The notes under the pieces were generated by a model, which ran no database searches, was not told the DNA's origin, and saw only the letters and a list, made by a program, of their open reading frames with translations. Positions 28,401 to 38,151 of a stretch of 64,000 bases of DNA are shown piece by piece (the first letter of the stretch is position 1; the number at the start of each line of letters is the position of its first letter). Origin of the DNA: a virus; IMG/VR virus record IMGVR_UViG_3300034407_001956, positions 1-64,000 of that record. One strand, written 5' to 3'. The position numbers and the translations under genes were made by a program.

Positions 28401-29626
28401 TGAAGATATATTGTATACTAATGGACACAGTTCCAAGACACGGAAAGATTAGAGATGCTTTTAATAGTAAGGGAGTACAATTTTCAGACCACATAACTTG
28501 TAGTTCTACTGTGCCAACTCTTATAACTATGTTTGGTGGCAAAACGCCAACAGAAATGTTTGGAATAGGTGGGGTTGGTCATTCACATTCGTATGGTAGA
28601 TTGGTTACTGATAAGAAGAAGTGGGATGAACAGATGTTGTTTCATATGATTCCTAATGATTGGACAATACATATTCACTCAATGCCATTAACTAGAGGAG
28701 ATGGAGGAAGAGGTGATTTCGGAGACACTAGCTTTAAACTTTTACCTGATGATATATGTGGTAGAACAGACAATATGAAATTCTATGAATACGATTCAAT
28801 GCGAGATGAGAATACTTTTATAAAAAAGATGCAGAACTTACCAACAGATGGTGTAGCTCGAGACATTCCATCTAAACCAAATCACTTCATAGTTTTAAAG
28901 TTTAATCACTACCACGACTCAGCTAGAGGACATCATATAAATTACGGTGGTGAGACAATAGAAGCTACTTCTGAAAATATAATAGATATGTATGCTGATA
29001 TGATAAAGGAAATGGATTTTGAACAACCGGATTCTTTATTTTGGGTATTTGCAGATCATGGAGAACCACATAATATTAATATAATGATGCCGCCGCCAGA
29101 TTCTTGGTTGGCTTGGTGTGGTGTTAAGGATAATATTAGTGGCAGAAAAGATATTAAGAAAATAATAGGTTGCGATGACTTTAAGAATACAGTATTAAAT
29201 AGAGTATATGATACAAGTAAAGGAGATGAAGAGCACATTCCTTTGCCAAATGATGCTTTCGGTGAGTTGGATATGGATAGAATTTATGTTCGTGAAGATG
29301 GTAGAAGTGCTGTAAATCCTAATTATGCTTCAACAGTATCTGCTGTGAAGGCTTTAGATGAGGATCGTTACATACAATATATAAACCACTCACCGAATGC
29401 ACATAAAAGACAATTTCACAATCAACAAGAAAGAGTTATTATCTACAATAAAACTACAAATACCATTGATATACCAAATGTAATAGAATCAGAAATTGGT
29501 GAAAAATTAAAACAACACCTTTTAGATGGGCCTTGGGAATGGTACTTTAGGAGAGTAGATGGAGAAGATGAAGAGGAAAAGAAAAGAGCTGAACCTAAAC
29601 CTGTAAAGAGAAGAGTAATAGGATGA
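28400..29626 (+). CDS. Alkaline phosphatase/sulfatase-superfamily protein (Thr nucleophile)
   Basis: ILMDTVPR, STVPTL..MFGG, HYHD, VFADHG. Confidence 0.6.
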   Translation: MKIYCILMDTVPRHGKIRDAFNSKGVQFSDHITCSSTVPTLITMFGGKTPTEMFGIGGVGHSHSYGRLVTDKKKWDEQMLFHMIPNDWTIHIHSMPLTRGDGGRGDFGDTSFKLLPDDICGRTDNMKFYEYDSMRDENTFIKKMQNLPTDGVARDIPSKPNHFIVLKFNHYHDSARGHHINYGGETIEATSENIIDMYADMIKEMDFEQPDSLFWVFADHGEPHNINIMMPPPDSWLAWCGVKDNISGRKDIKKIIGCDDFKNTVLNRVYDTSKGDEEHIPLPNDAFGELDMDRIYVREDGRSAVNPNYASTVSAVKALDEDRYIQYINHSPNAHKRQFHNQQERVIIYNKTTNTIDIPNVIESEIGEKLKQHLLDGPWEWYFRRVDGEDEEEKKRAEPKPVKRRVIG

Positions 29627-30912
29627 GCAAAGTTTATGTTGGAATGTGTGCTGATTTAATTCATCACGGACATCTTAATATAATAAAAGAAGCTAAAAAA
29701 TATGGAGATGTTGTGGTAGGTTTACTTACTGATTCTGCTATAGCTAGTTATAAAAGATTACCTGCTTTAAGTTACAAAGAAAGAAAAATAGTTGTAGAAA
29801 ATATAGTCGGTGTTAGTGAAGTTATACCACAAGAAACATTGGATTATATACCTAACATAGAAGAACTGAAACCAAAATATGTGGTGCACGGAGATGATTG
29901 GAAAGAAGGAGTTCAAAAGCAAGTTAGGCAGGGAGTGATAGATAAGTTAAAAGAGTGGGGTGGAGAAGTTATTGATGTTCCATATACTAAAGGAGTATCA
30001 TCTACTAAATTGCACAATCACTTAAAGGATATAGGAACAACGCCTGATATTAGAAGGAAGATGTTAAAGAGATTGTTGAATTCAAAACCGATTGTAAAGG
30101 TATTAGAAGCACACAATGGATTGACTGGTTTAATCGTAGAAAAAACAAAGGTGGGAAGTGATGAGTTTGATGCTATGTGGTTAAGTAGCCTAACTCATTC
30201 AGCCTCTAAAGGTAAACCAGACAATCAGTATGTAGATATAACCACAGTTAGTCAAACGTTAAGTGAGATATTTGATGTTACAACAAAGCCGATGATTGTT
30301 GATTTAGATAATGGTGGTATGATTGAACACTTTAAATTTACAATAAGAACCTTAGAAAGAATGGGTGTATCTGCTGTAATAATTGAAGATAAGATTGGTT
30401 CTAAAAGAAACTCTCTTTTTAAAGATACATCTAATCAGACACAAGATAATCCGAATGAGTTTGGAAACAAAATATCAGAGGGTAAAAAGTCTTTAGTAAC
30501 AAAAGAGTTTATGATTATAGCTAGGATAGAAAGTTTTATATTAGATAAGGGTATTGATGACGCTATCTATAGAGCAAGCATTTATATCAGTAATGGTGCT
30601 GATGGTATTATGATTCATAGTAAGAGTGAAAGTACCAATGAAATATTATCTTTCTGTAAACGTTATGAAAAGTTTAAGAAAAAAGTTCCTTTGGTGGTTG
30701 TGCCATCTACTTATAATAGAGTGGTAGAAGAAGAATTAATTAATATTGGAGTAGATGTAGTTATTTATGCTAATCATTTATTAAGAAGTTCTTATCCAGC
30801 GATGATTAATACTGCTAAATCTATTTTAGAAAATAAAAGGTCTTATGAGGCTAATAAAAGTTGTTTACCAATAAAAGAAGTTTTGGAGTTAATACCAAAT
30901 GATTATACTTAA
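29623..30912 (+). CDS. pepM: Cytidylyltransferase-phosphoenolpyruvate mutase fusion
   Basis: N-terminal DLIHHGH (HxGH), VVHGDDW, GVSST; PepM EAHNGLTG, DLDNGG, signature EDK-IGSKR-NS, IARIES, IYANH. Confidence 0.93.
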   Translation: MSKVYVGMCADLIHHGHLNIIKEAKKYGDVVVGLLTDSAIASYKRLPALSYKERKIVVENIVGVSEVIPQETLDYIPNIEELKPKYVVHGDDWKEGVQKQVRQGVIDKLKEWGGEVIDVPYTKGVSSTKLHNHLKDIGTTPDIRRKMLKRLLNSKPIVKVLEAHNGLTGLIVEKTKVGSDEFDAMWLSSLTHSASKGKPDNQYVDITTVSQTLSEIFDVTTKPMIVDLDNGGMIEHFKFTIRTLERMGVSAVIIEDKIGSKRNSLFKDTSNQTQDNPNEFGNKISEGKKSLVTKEFMIIARIESFILDKGIDDAIYRASIYISNGADGIMIHSKSESTNEILSFCKRYEKFKKKVPLVVVPSTYNRVVEEELINIGVDVVIYANHLLRSSYPAMINTAKSILENKRSYEANKSCLPIKEVLELIPNDYT

Positions 30913-31288
30913 AGCAGTTACAGATGATGGTTATAATTTCTTCACAGGAGTACCTGATAGTGGATTAAAACCATTCATAAAAGAGATACAGAAATCAGAA
31001 TTTGAACACATACCCGCAACCAATGAAGGACAAGCGATTGGAATCGCAGTTGGTGCAGAGTTGGCTGGTATGAAGAGTTGTGTTTATTTACAAAACTCAG
31101 GACTTGGCAATTGTATAAACGCTTTGACAAGTTTATGTATACCACACAATATACTTCCATTGTTAGTGATAGGACACAGACATACTTTGCCACAACATGC
31201 GATAATGGGTAGGGTGGATAAACAAATGTTAGATTTGATTGGTTATTGGAATTATATAATAGTAGAGGGGGATAATAATGTCAAGTAG
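30899..31288 (+). CDS. Phosphonopyruvate decarboxylase, N-terminal (alpha) subunit
   Basis: FFTGVPDS, NEGQAIGIA, YLQNSGLGNCINALTSL, PQH..MG. Confidence 0.85.
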   Translation: MIILKAVTDDGYNFFTGVPDSGLKPFIKEIQKSEFEHIPATNEGQAIGIAVGAELAGMKSCVYLQNSGLGNCINALTSLCIPHNILPLLVIGHRHTLPQHAIMGRVDKQMLDLIGYWNYIIVEGDNNVK

Positions 31289-31748
31289 AAAAAAGGCTAT
31301 AGAATTTATATTTGATAGACATCCTGATGCTATCTTTGTAACCAATACAGGTTATATATCTAGAGCAGTTTATGATATGTATCCAAAAAGTAAAAACATA
31401 TTCTATATGCAAGGTAGTATGGGATTGGCTCCGTGTATCGGATTCGGTATGGCTTTGAATACAAACAAAGAGGTTGTAGTTTTGAGTGGAGATGCTGCTC
31501 TGTTAATGCACTTAGGAATAACTCACACCATAGCTGATAGAGAGTTGGGTAATCTTTTTGTATATGTTTTAGATAATGGATGCCACGAATCAGTTGGTGA
31601 GTTTTTTAGTTCTCAATTAGAAGATTCTTATTTAGGTATTGATGATATAATCCCAATTACCAAAGATGGTAAGAAGGGAAGAGTAGAATTAGATTGTGAA
31701 AAGAATACAAAACAAATAAAGGAGTTATTTAATAGTGAGAGGATTTAA
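31278..31748 (+). CDS. Phosphonopyruvate decarboxylase, ThDP-binding (beta) subunit
   Basis: TGYISR, FYMQGSMGLA, GDAALLMHLG, DNGCHESVG. Confidence 0.85.
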   Translation: MSSRKKAIEFIFDRHPDAIFVTNTGYISRAVYDMYPKSKNIFYMQGSMGLAPCIGFGMALNTNKEVVVLSGDAALLMHLGITHTIADRELGNLFVYVLDNGCHESVGEFFSSQLEDSYLGIDDIIPITKDGKKGRVELDCEKNTKQIKELFNSERI

Positions 31749-32520
31749 TGGTACATTATTAGTATGTTCAGAATCTACTAAAGATTTTATGGATGGATTT
31801 GATAAAGTTAGAGTTGTAAAAGGAGCTCCTGATGTTAGTATTTTAGATGAGCTTGGAACTTATGAAAAGGTTACAGCAATAGGTGGTGGTGCTGTAATAG
31901 ATACAGCAAAAATACTAGCTAAGAATCCTATAATATCATATCCAACTACAGCAGCTGGTTCTACAGAAACTTCTTGGTCTGTTTATTGGGATGGTAAAAA
32001 GAAGTGTAGTGTAAAAAGACATAAACCAAGAGATGTTATTATAAACTCAGAGTTCTTAAATTTACCATATGGGATTGTAGCTGAGACTACGTTTGATGTT
32101 GTGAGTCATTGTTTGGATAGTATGAATTCAAAAAAGGCTACAAAAGAAAGCGTAGAATATTGTAATAGAGCTTTAAAGATATTAAGAAATAGTGGTAGAG
32201 GTAATGTCGATTTGATTAGGGCTGGTCGAGAAGCAGGAAAAGCTATAGAAATTGCTGGTACTAATTTATTACACTCACTTTCTTATCCATTAACAGGACA
32301 CTATGGTGTATCGCATGGATTAGCTTTAGGTTATTTCTTACCAAAGATTTCAGATTTTATGATGCATGATGTGGATGGCATTATATCTCAATTCTCAAAC
32401 TTCACAATTGATTTCGATATTGATTTAGAAATGGTAGTTGATGAAGCACTAAAATATGATAAGATTTATGAGTGTAATATATTTATTGATAAATCAATTT
32501 TAATGGAGGTTTTAAAATGA
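31735..32520 (+). CDS. Fe-dependent alcohol dehydrogenase, phosphonoacetaldehyde reductase-like (PhpC/FomC type)
   Basis: AIGGGAVIDTAK, PTTAAG, D..SHCLDS, HSLSYPLT, VSHG; follows pepM-ppd. Confidence 0.8.
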   Translation: MRGFNGTLLVCSESTKDFMDGFDKVRVVKGAPDVSILDELGTYEKVTAIGGGAVIDTAKILAKNPIISYPTTAAGSTETSWSVYWDGKKKCSVKRHKPRDVIINSEFLNLPYGIVAETTFDVVSHCLDSMNSKKATKESVEYCNRALKILRNSGRGNVDLIRAGREAGKAIEIAGTNLLHSLSYPLTGHYGVSHGLALGYFLPKISDFMMHDVDGIISQFSNFTIDFDIDLEMVVDEALKYDKIYECNIFIDKSILMEVLK

Positions 32521-33236
32521 GTAGTTTGACAGAGATAGCTGCTAAGTATGATTGTGACAAATATGATTTAGGTTATTTACAACACTATGAAGATAAATTT
32601 GAACCTATAAGAAATGATGTTACTAAGATATTGGAGATAGGCTTAAATACAGGTGGCTCACATTTGATGTGGTTAGAATATTTTCCAAACGCTATGGTGT
32701 ATGCTATCGACAGCAGAATACTTTATGAAGTGGTTGTTAAAAATAAACACACTGGTGGAAGAATAGAAATGGTTGATGGATGGAATGAAAGAGATGAAGA
32801 TAGGTTAGTTGTATTTGAGGGTGACCAATCCAGTGATGAGGATTTAAATAAATTCTGTAGTTTATATGGTGGAGAATTTGATATTATTATCGATGATGGT
32901 GGGCATTCAATGAGACAACAACAAATATCTCTAAGAGCTTTATATAATCAATTAAAGTCAAATGGAATTTATGTAATAGAAGATTTGCATACTGGCAGTA
33001 ACCAATGGCCAAATCTATACGACAGTTCAGTTATTGAAGAAGGAGACACTATAACAATAGATTTGATGAAGGACTTTGAAAACAATGATGGTTCGATATT
33101 AGAAACTAAACATATATCAAATGAACAGATGGTTGGAATTAGACAGAAAATAACCGATTGTAAAGTTTTAGTTGGAATGGATAGATATAAAAATTATAAA
33201 TGGGCAACAACATTAGCTTTTATGGATTTCAAATGA
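32517..33236 (+). CDS. Sugar O-methyltransferase-like (MycE/TylE-type class I MTase)
   Basis: DK, ILEIG, GSHLMW..YFPNA, GDQS, DIIIDDGGH, YVIEDL. Confidence 0.75.
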   Translation: MSSLTEIAAKYDCDKYDLGYLQHYEDKFEPIRNDVTKILEIGLNTGGSHLMWLEYFPNAMVYAIDSRILYEVVVKNKHTGGRIEMVDGWNERDEDRLVVFEGDQSSDEDLNKFCSLYGGEFDIIIDDGGHSMRQQQISLRALYNQLKSNGIYVIEDLHTGSNQWPNLYDSSVIEEGDTITIDLMKDFENNDGSILETKHISNEQMVGIRQKITDCKVLVGMDRYKNYKWATTLAFMDFK

Positions 33237-33967
33237 GTAAGGTTGCAGTCATAGTAGAAACCAGAGAACACGATGCTTTCCCATTTGTTATTAATAATGT
33301 TATGTCGATTTTGCCAGATGATTGGAGTCTGCAGGTATTTCACGGTACATCTAACTATGATTATGTTTATGATTCTGTTGAAAATGATATGACGTTGCTT
33401 TGGAAAGAAGTTGAGTTTACAAATTTAGGAATAGATTCAATATCTGCTGATGACTCTAGCTTAGAGATTATGCTAACGGAAGATTTTTGGAATAAGGTGG
33501 TTGGTGAAACTGTATTGTACTTTGAATGTGATTCGATGCTATGTCCTAATTCAGAACATAAAGTTGAGGACTTTGAACACTTTGATTTCATAGGTGGTTA
33601 TTGGGGAAATCAATTAGATATGTTAGACAATGATTACTCAAAGGTTATGAATGGTGGGTTGTCAATTAGAAAGAAGAGTTTTATGTTGGACATAATTAAA
33701 AACGAATTACAACCATATTTAGAGAGAGGTGGAAATCCTTGTGAGGATTACTTTGTGACAGACAGAATAAGAACTAAACCAAAGGTAAGAGATGTGTTGA
33801 ACTTCTCAATAGACAATGGTTATATGTATCCATTGGATGACAAAGCACCATTTGGATTACACAAACCGTGGGGTGTTAATCCAGCAAAAGGTCACGGAAA
33901 GTATTATAATGAAATTAAAAAAGTATGTAAAGATGTAGAGAAATTGGAGATTTACAATGGCGTATAG
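33233..33967 (+). CDS. DUF5672-like putative glycosyltransferase
   Basis: AVIVETR, FECDS, FDFIG, NGGLSIR, EDYF, PFGLHK. Confidence 0.65.
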   Translation: MSKVAVIVETREHDAFPFVINNVMSILPDDWSLQVFHGTSNYDYVYDSVENDMTLLWKEVEFTNLGIDSISADDSSLEIMLTEDFWNKVVGETVLYFECDSMLCPNSEHKVEDFEHFDFIGGYWGNQLDMLDNDYSKVMNGGLSIRKKSFMLDIIKNELQPYLERGGNPCEDYFVTDRIRTKPKVRDVLNFSIDNGYMYPLDDKAPFGLHKPWGVNPAKGHGKYYNEIKKVCKDVEKLEIYNGV

Positions 33968-34610
33968 AGCTGGAGAAACAATGAGATTAGAGGATGTTGA
34001 TAAATTAGGAATCCATCCAAATGCTATCTTAGATATAGGTGCACATTCAGGTCAGTTTCATAGTTGGGCTAAAAGGGTTTGGGGTGATGCTGGCGTATTT
34101 ATGATAGAAGCTAATCCATTACACGAAGGTGTTCTAAGAAACATAGCAAGTGCTAATGGTGATAATTATTTGATTGCTGCTATGGGTGATGAGGAAAGAG
34201 ATGTTACTTTTTACACTCGAAGTGATAAACCACATACTGAGGGTAATTCTTATTACAAAGAGAATAACTATTGGGATATACCACAACTGGTACAGGAAAG
34301 TAAAGTAACCTTACAGAAGTTAGATAATCTATTTGAGGATGATGCTGTATTTGATATTATAAAAGTTGATACGCAAGGTTCTGAAATAGATATATTGAAG
34401 GGTGGTAAAGATTTGGTTAGTAGAGCACAAGCGGTTATATTGGAAGTTTCTTTTATACCATATAATGAAGGAGCACCAACAGACCAAGAAACTATTGACT
34501 ATATGAATGAGATTGGTTTTGAGGAAAGAATGAGTGTCGGTGAACATTATGATGGAGACACAATAGTTCAGAAAGATTTAATATTTACAAATAAGGAGTT
34601 AGTTAGATGA
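33957..34610 (+). CDS. FkbM-family methyltransferase
   Basis: LDIGAHSG, IEAN, IKVDTQGSE..ILKG, LEV. Confidence 0.85.
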   Translation: MAYRAGETMRLEDVDKLGIHPNAILDIGAHSGQFHSWAKRVWGDAGVFMIEANPLHEGVLRNIASANGDNYLIAAMGDEERDVTFYTRSDKPHTEGNSYYKENNYWDIPQLVQESKVTLQKLDNLFEDDAVFDIIKVDTQGSEIDILKGGKDLVSRAQAVILEVSFIPYNEGAPTDQETIDYMNEIGFEERMSVGEHYDGDTIVQKDLIFTNKELVR

Positions 34611-35794
34611 AGAGAGAGTTTTTAGACTTAGGTAGACAACCTATAGCAAATAAGTTTTTAAAGGAAGAAGAAATTAATGATGAGTTCTTCTTTGATTTAA
34701 AAGTAGTTTTTGATGAAGAGACTAAATTAGTTTCTATGAAGGACTTTGTAAAGCCAGAGTTGATGTTCAATGAAGATTACAAATACAATACATCATTGTC
34801 TACACCAATGGTTAATCACTTCAGAGATACTGCACAAATGTTAGATGAAAGGTTTAAACCTAATAAAGTATTGGAGATAGGTTCTAATGACGGTCCTTTC
34901 ATAAGTAATTTTGAAAAAGAAAATTCTATTTGTGTAGAACCTTGTGATAATTTTGCAAAGGTTACGGCTGATATGGGATACAAAACAAGCACAGAGTTTT
35001 GGACAACAGAACTTTCTCAGAAGATTAAAGATTCCAATGGTGAGATGGATTTAATTTACTCTGCTAATTGTATATGTCATATACAGGACTTAGACGATTG
35101 TTTTAGTGCAGTAGCTAACTTACTTAGTGATAAAGGAGTGTTTGTATTTGAAGACCCATCTTTGCTTAGGATGTTAGAAAGAGGTTCATATGACCAAATA
35201 TATGACGAACACGCGCATGTATTTTCAGTCACAGCACTCGATAATATTTTAAGAAAGAATGGTTTGATTATATTTGATGTTGACAACTTATCAGTTCACG
35301 GTGGTTCTAATAGAATCTATGCTAAAAAACCAAATATTCCATCTAACAATACTATAAGTGAAAATGTTCACAGAAATCTAAAAGAGGAAGAATCTTTTGG
35401 AGTTGGTAATTTTGAAACATATGAAATATTTGCCAAAAGAGTTAAAGACTCAAAGGATGAGTTGCTTAGGTGTTTGAAAAACCTAAGACATAATGGTAAA
35501 TCGATAATCAGTATTGGTGCTACATCAAAGTCTACTACTGTATTTAATTATTGTGGTATTGATAGTTCTTTGATTGATTGTATTACCGACACAACACCTG
35601 ATAAACAGAACTTACTTGCGCCAGGTAGTCACATACCTGTAGTAGATAGAGAGTCAGTAAACTTAAATGATTACGACTATGCTTTCTTAGGCGCTTGGAA
35701 CTTCAAAGATGTTATAGCAAATAAGGAAAGTGAATTTGTTGCTGGTGGTGGACAATTCATAACGCATGTACCAAAAATAATGACATTTTCATAA
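34607..35794 (+). CDS. NDP-hexose C-methyltransferase (TylC3/NovU-like)
   Basis: LDLGRQPIAN, LEIGSNDG, N..CHI, YDQIYDEH, VHGGSNR, GATSKS, D....KQ..LAPGSHIP, AWNF. Confidence 0.87.
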   Translation: MKREFLDLGRQPIANKFLKEEEINDEFFFDLKVVFDEETKLVSMKDFVKPELMFNEDYKYNTSLSTPMVNHFRDTAQMLDERFKPNKVLEIGSNDGPFISNFEKENSICVEPCDNFAKVTADMGYKTSTEFWTTELSQKIKDSNGEMDLIYSANCICHIQDLDDCFSAVANLLSDKGVFVFEDPSLLRMLERGSYDQIYDEHAHVFSVTALDNILRKNGLIIFDVDNLSVHGGSNRIYAKKPNIPSNNTISENVHRNLKEEESFGVGNFETYEIFAKRVKDSKDELLRCLKNLRHNGKSIISIGATSKSTTVFNYCGIDSSLIDCITDTTPDKQNLLAPGSHIPVVDRESVNLNDYDYAFLGAWNFKDVIANKESEFVAGGGQFITHVPKIMTFS

Positions 35795-35805
35795 AGGAGA
35801 TTGAT

Positions 35806-36189
35806 ATGTATTACAATGAGGATGATAGAGCTCAAAGGTTATTAGATGTTTTTGAAGTTTTAGACGGACAAATAAATGTTTCATACGTTAATAGTACAGA
35901 ACACATTGTCGCTTGGCATAAACACGATATACAATCGGATTATTGGACTTGCATCAAAGGTTCTTTTAAGGTGGGAATGGCTACCGAAGAAGATGGTTGT
36001 GATTTTGTGTATCTATCAGACAAAGACCCGAGAGTCGTTGAAATGAAACCAGGAGTCTATCACGGATATAAAGCATTAGAACCAGGTTCTATACTACTAT
36101 ATTACCTAACAGAGAAGTATAATCCCAACGATGAGTTCAGAGTACCAGTTGGACATTTCGGAGAGGAATGGGGAAGGGCAAATAAATGA
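35806..36189 (+). CDS. RmlC-like dTDP-sugar 3,5-epimerase (cupin)
   Basis: EDDR, AWHKH, PGVYHGYKAL, Y.PNDE. Confidence 0.72.
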   Translation: MYYNEDDRAQRLLDVFEVLDGQINVSYVNSTEHIVAWHKHDIQSDYWTCIKGSFKVGMATEEDGCDFVYLSDKDPRVVEMKPGVYHGYKALEPGSILLYYLTEKYNPNDEFRVPVGHFGEEWGRANK

Positions 36190-37094
36190 AAAACTACTTG
36201 GAAGAGTATATGGATTTTTATTCTGAAAAGAACAATTTAGATAGAGGTTCAGTTGGAAAGGTTTTTTACAAATCTATGGGTGCTTTTAAAGATGGTAAAG
36301 GTTGGAATGGTGAGGGTTTGTTAGAGCTTGGAGACACTATGGCAGAGATTATGCAGTGGAAATACATTTCAAAAGAAAAAGAAAGTAGTTTCTACAATGA
36401 TGACAGAATAGATTTTAGAAAAATGTATATTTATATGCAAGATTTAGATTTAATGAGAATGTTGTCTTACGGTCCTTCACTAAATGAAGAACATTTGAAA
36501 GATATTACAAGAGATTTTGTTAATAATTTGCGTGATAAATATAATTATAGTCAAATGAATATCAGTTGGGTTGGTGGAAATCAAAATAATGAAGATTTAA
36601 AAGAAATATCAATAGTTGATTATGGTTGTGGTTTAGCTTATTGGACAATATCTATTTGTAAACAATTAACCGAAATGGGAATCCCAAACAAATTAACATT
36701 GGTAGATATTAACAGAGAATCTTTTGTTGAATTTCTAGATTATCTCTGTAAAAAAAGAAATATTAATTATGAGTTTATAGAAGTTACACATAGTAAATTA
36801 GTTCCCGAACTACCTAAATTTGATTACGCACATATTATGGCAGTTTTAGAACATACTTCAGAGCCTGAAGAAATTGTTGAAGAATTAGTTGAAAAGGCAA
36901 GACACAGTGCTCTTATATTTGGAACATTTTACGATGATCCTTTTGATGACTTTGAACATATATCATATGATTTAAGTGGTTGTAGAGAAATATTGGAGAA
37001 CAACAAAAAATGGGATATTACAAACATTGGTTCTCATTGGAATGATGAGACAACTGTTTATCAGATTTCAAAACCTAATGAGGCGTGGAATTAG
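36186..37094 (+). CDS. Class I SAM methyltransferase
   Basis: IVDYGCG, LVDI, VLEH. Confidence 0.7.
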   Translation: MKNYLEEYMDFYSEKNNLDRGSVGKVFYKSMGAFKDGKGWNGEGLLELGDTMAEIMQWKYISKEKESSFYNDDRIDFRKMYIYMQDLDLMRMLSYGPSLNEEHLKDITRDFVNNLRDKYNYSQMNISWVGGNQNNEDLKEISIVDYGCGLAYWTISICKQLTEMGIPNKLTLVDINRESFVEFLDYLCKKRNINYEFIEVTHSKLVPELPKFDYAHIMAVLEHTSEPEEIVEELVEKARHSALIFGTFYDDPFDDFEHISYDLSGCREILENNKKWDITNIGSHWNDETTVYQISKPNEAWN

Positions 37095-37508
37095 ATGACA
37101 ACGATAGATGATGTTAAAAGAATCAATTTAAAGTATATTGAAGATTACGATGGAAAATTGGCACCAATTGAATTTCATAAAGATGTTCCATTTGAAGTTA
37201 AAAGAATGTTCTATGTATTTGGTGTACATAATCAGAACGACAGAGGAAAGCATAGTCACTATAAAACTAAACAATTACTAATTTCTATAGCTGGTAAGAT
37301 TATTGTTAGATGTGATGATGGTTTAGGGTTTGTATCAAGTCATATATTAGATAAACCGTGGAAGGCTTTATACATACCTGAAATGATTTGGGATGAACAA
37401 ATTTATACTAGTAAGGATTCTGTGTTATTGGTATTGTCGAATACTTTATACGATCCTTCTGATTATATAGAGGACTTTAAAAAATTTGTGGAGATAAAAA
37501 ATGGCTAG
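37095..37508 (+). CDS. FdtA/QdtA-like sugar 3,4-ketoisomerase
   Basis: GKL..IE, PFEVKRMFY, RGKHSH, LYIPEMIW, LLVL...Y...DYI. Confidence 0.85.
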   Translation: MTTIDDVKRINLKYIEDYDGKLAPIEFHKDVPFEVKRMFYVFGVHNQNDRGKHSHYKTKQLLISIAGKIIVRCDDGLGFVSSHILDKPWKALYIPEMIWDEQIYTSKDSVLLVLSNTLYDPSDYIEDFKKFVEIKNG

Positions 37509-38151
37509 AACTATAAGTTATAATCCATATCCTTGGATGACTATAGAAAACTTTCATCCATCAGAGGCTATGGTAAGAGCAGCTGCTGAAAGCTTTGATG
37601 ATGTAAAAGATTGGGTTAAATATGGTGGTGATGATGCTGGACAGATTCAGTATTGTTCTAAGTTAGGTCGTCAGAATGTACCAGCACCCGCCTTACTTTT
37701 ATTAGACTATATAGCAACACATTGTAATCCCGATAATGAGATGGGATTCGATACTAAATGTTTTCCCGATATGTCTCACTATGGTGGTGGTATGATGATT
37801 ACACCTAATAAAAATGGTGAAGGTGGTTATTTAGGAGCGCATGTAGATGCTAGTCATCACGGAATACATAACGATTGGAAAAGGGAGTTTAGTGCTATAC
37901 TCTGTTTGTCAGAAGATTACGATTCTTCTTTTGATTTAAGAGTAAGTGATGGGAAAGAGCAAGGAACTATACCATATAAATTTAATCAGTTAAATGTGTT
38001 CAAATGTTCTGATAATTCTTGGCATGGTTTACCTGAGATTACAAAGGGTATGGATAGAAAAACGTTAGGAGTTATGTTTTGGTCTAAGGATGAAGAGGGT
38101 AAACAAATAAAAGCTAAATTCAATAATGATTTGGAGTGGGATAATGAGTAA
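37501..38151 (+). CDS. 2OG-Fe(II) oxygenase
   Basis: GGG, LGAHVD (HxD), SWHG, RK. Confidence 0.8.
   Translation: MARTISYNPYPWMTIENFHPSEAMVRAAAESFDDVKDWVKYGGDDAGQIQYCSKLGRQNVPAPALLLLDYIATHCNPDNEMGFDTKCFPDMSHYGGGMMITPNKNGEGGYLGAHVDASHHGIHNDWKREFSAILCLSEDYDSSFDLRVSDGKEQGTIPYKFNQLNVFKCSDNSWHGLPEITKGMDRKTLGVMFWSKDEEGKQIKAKFNNDLEWDNE

Noticed and set aside
37501-38151. Methylphosphonate synthase or HEP dioxygenase completing a methane-yielding pathway
   Set aside because: Motifs fit a 2OG-Fe(II) oxygenase, not the MpnS/HepD fold; no such gene was seen in this window.
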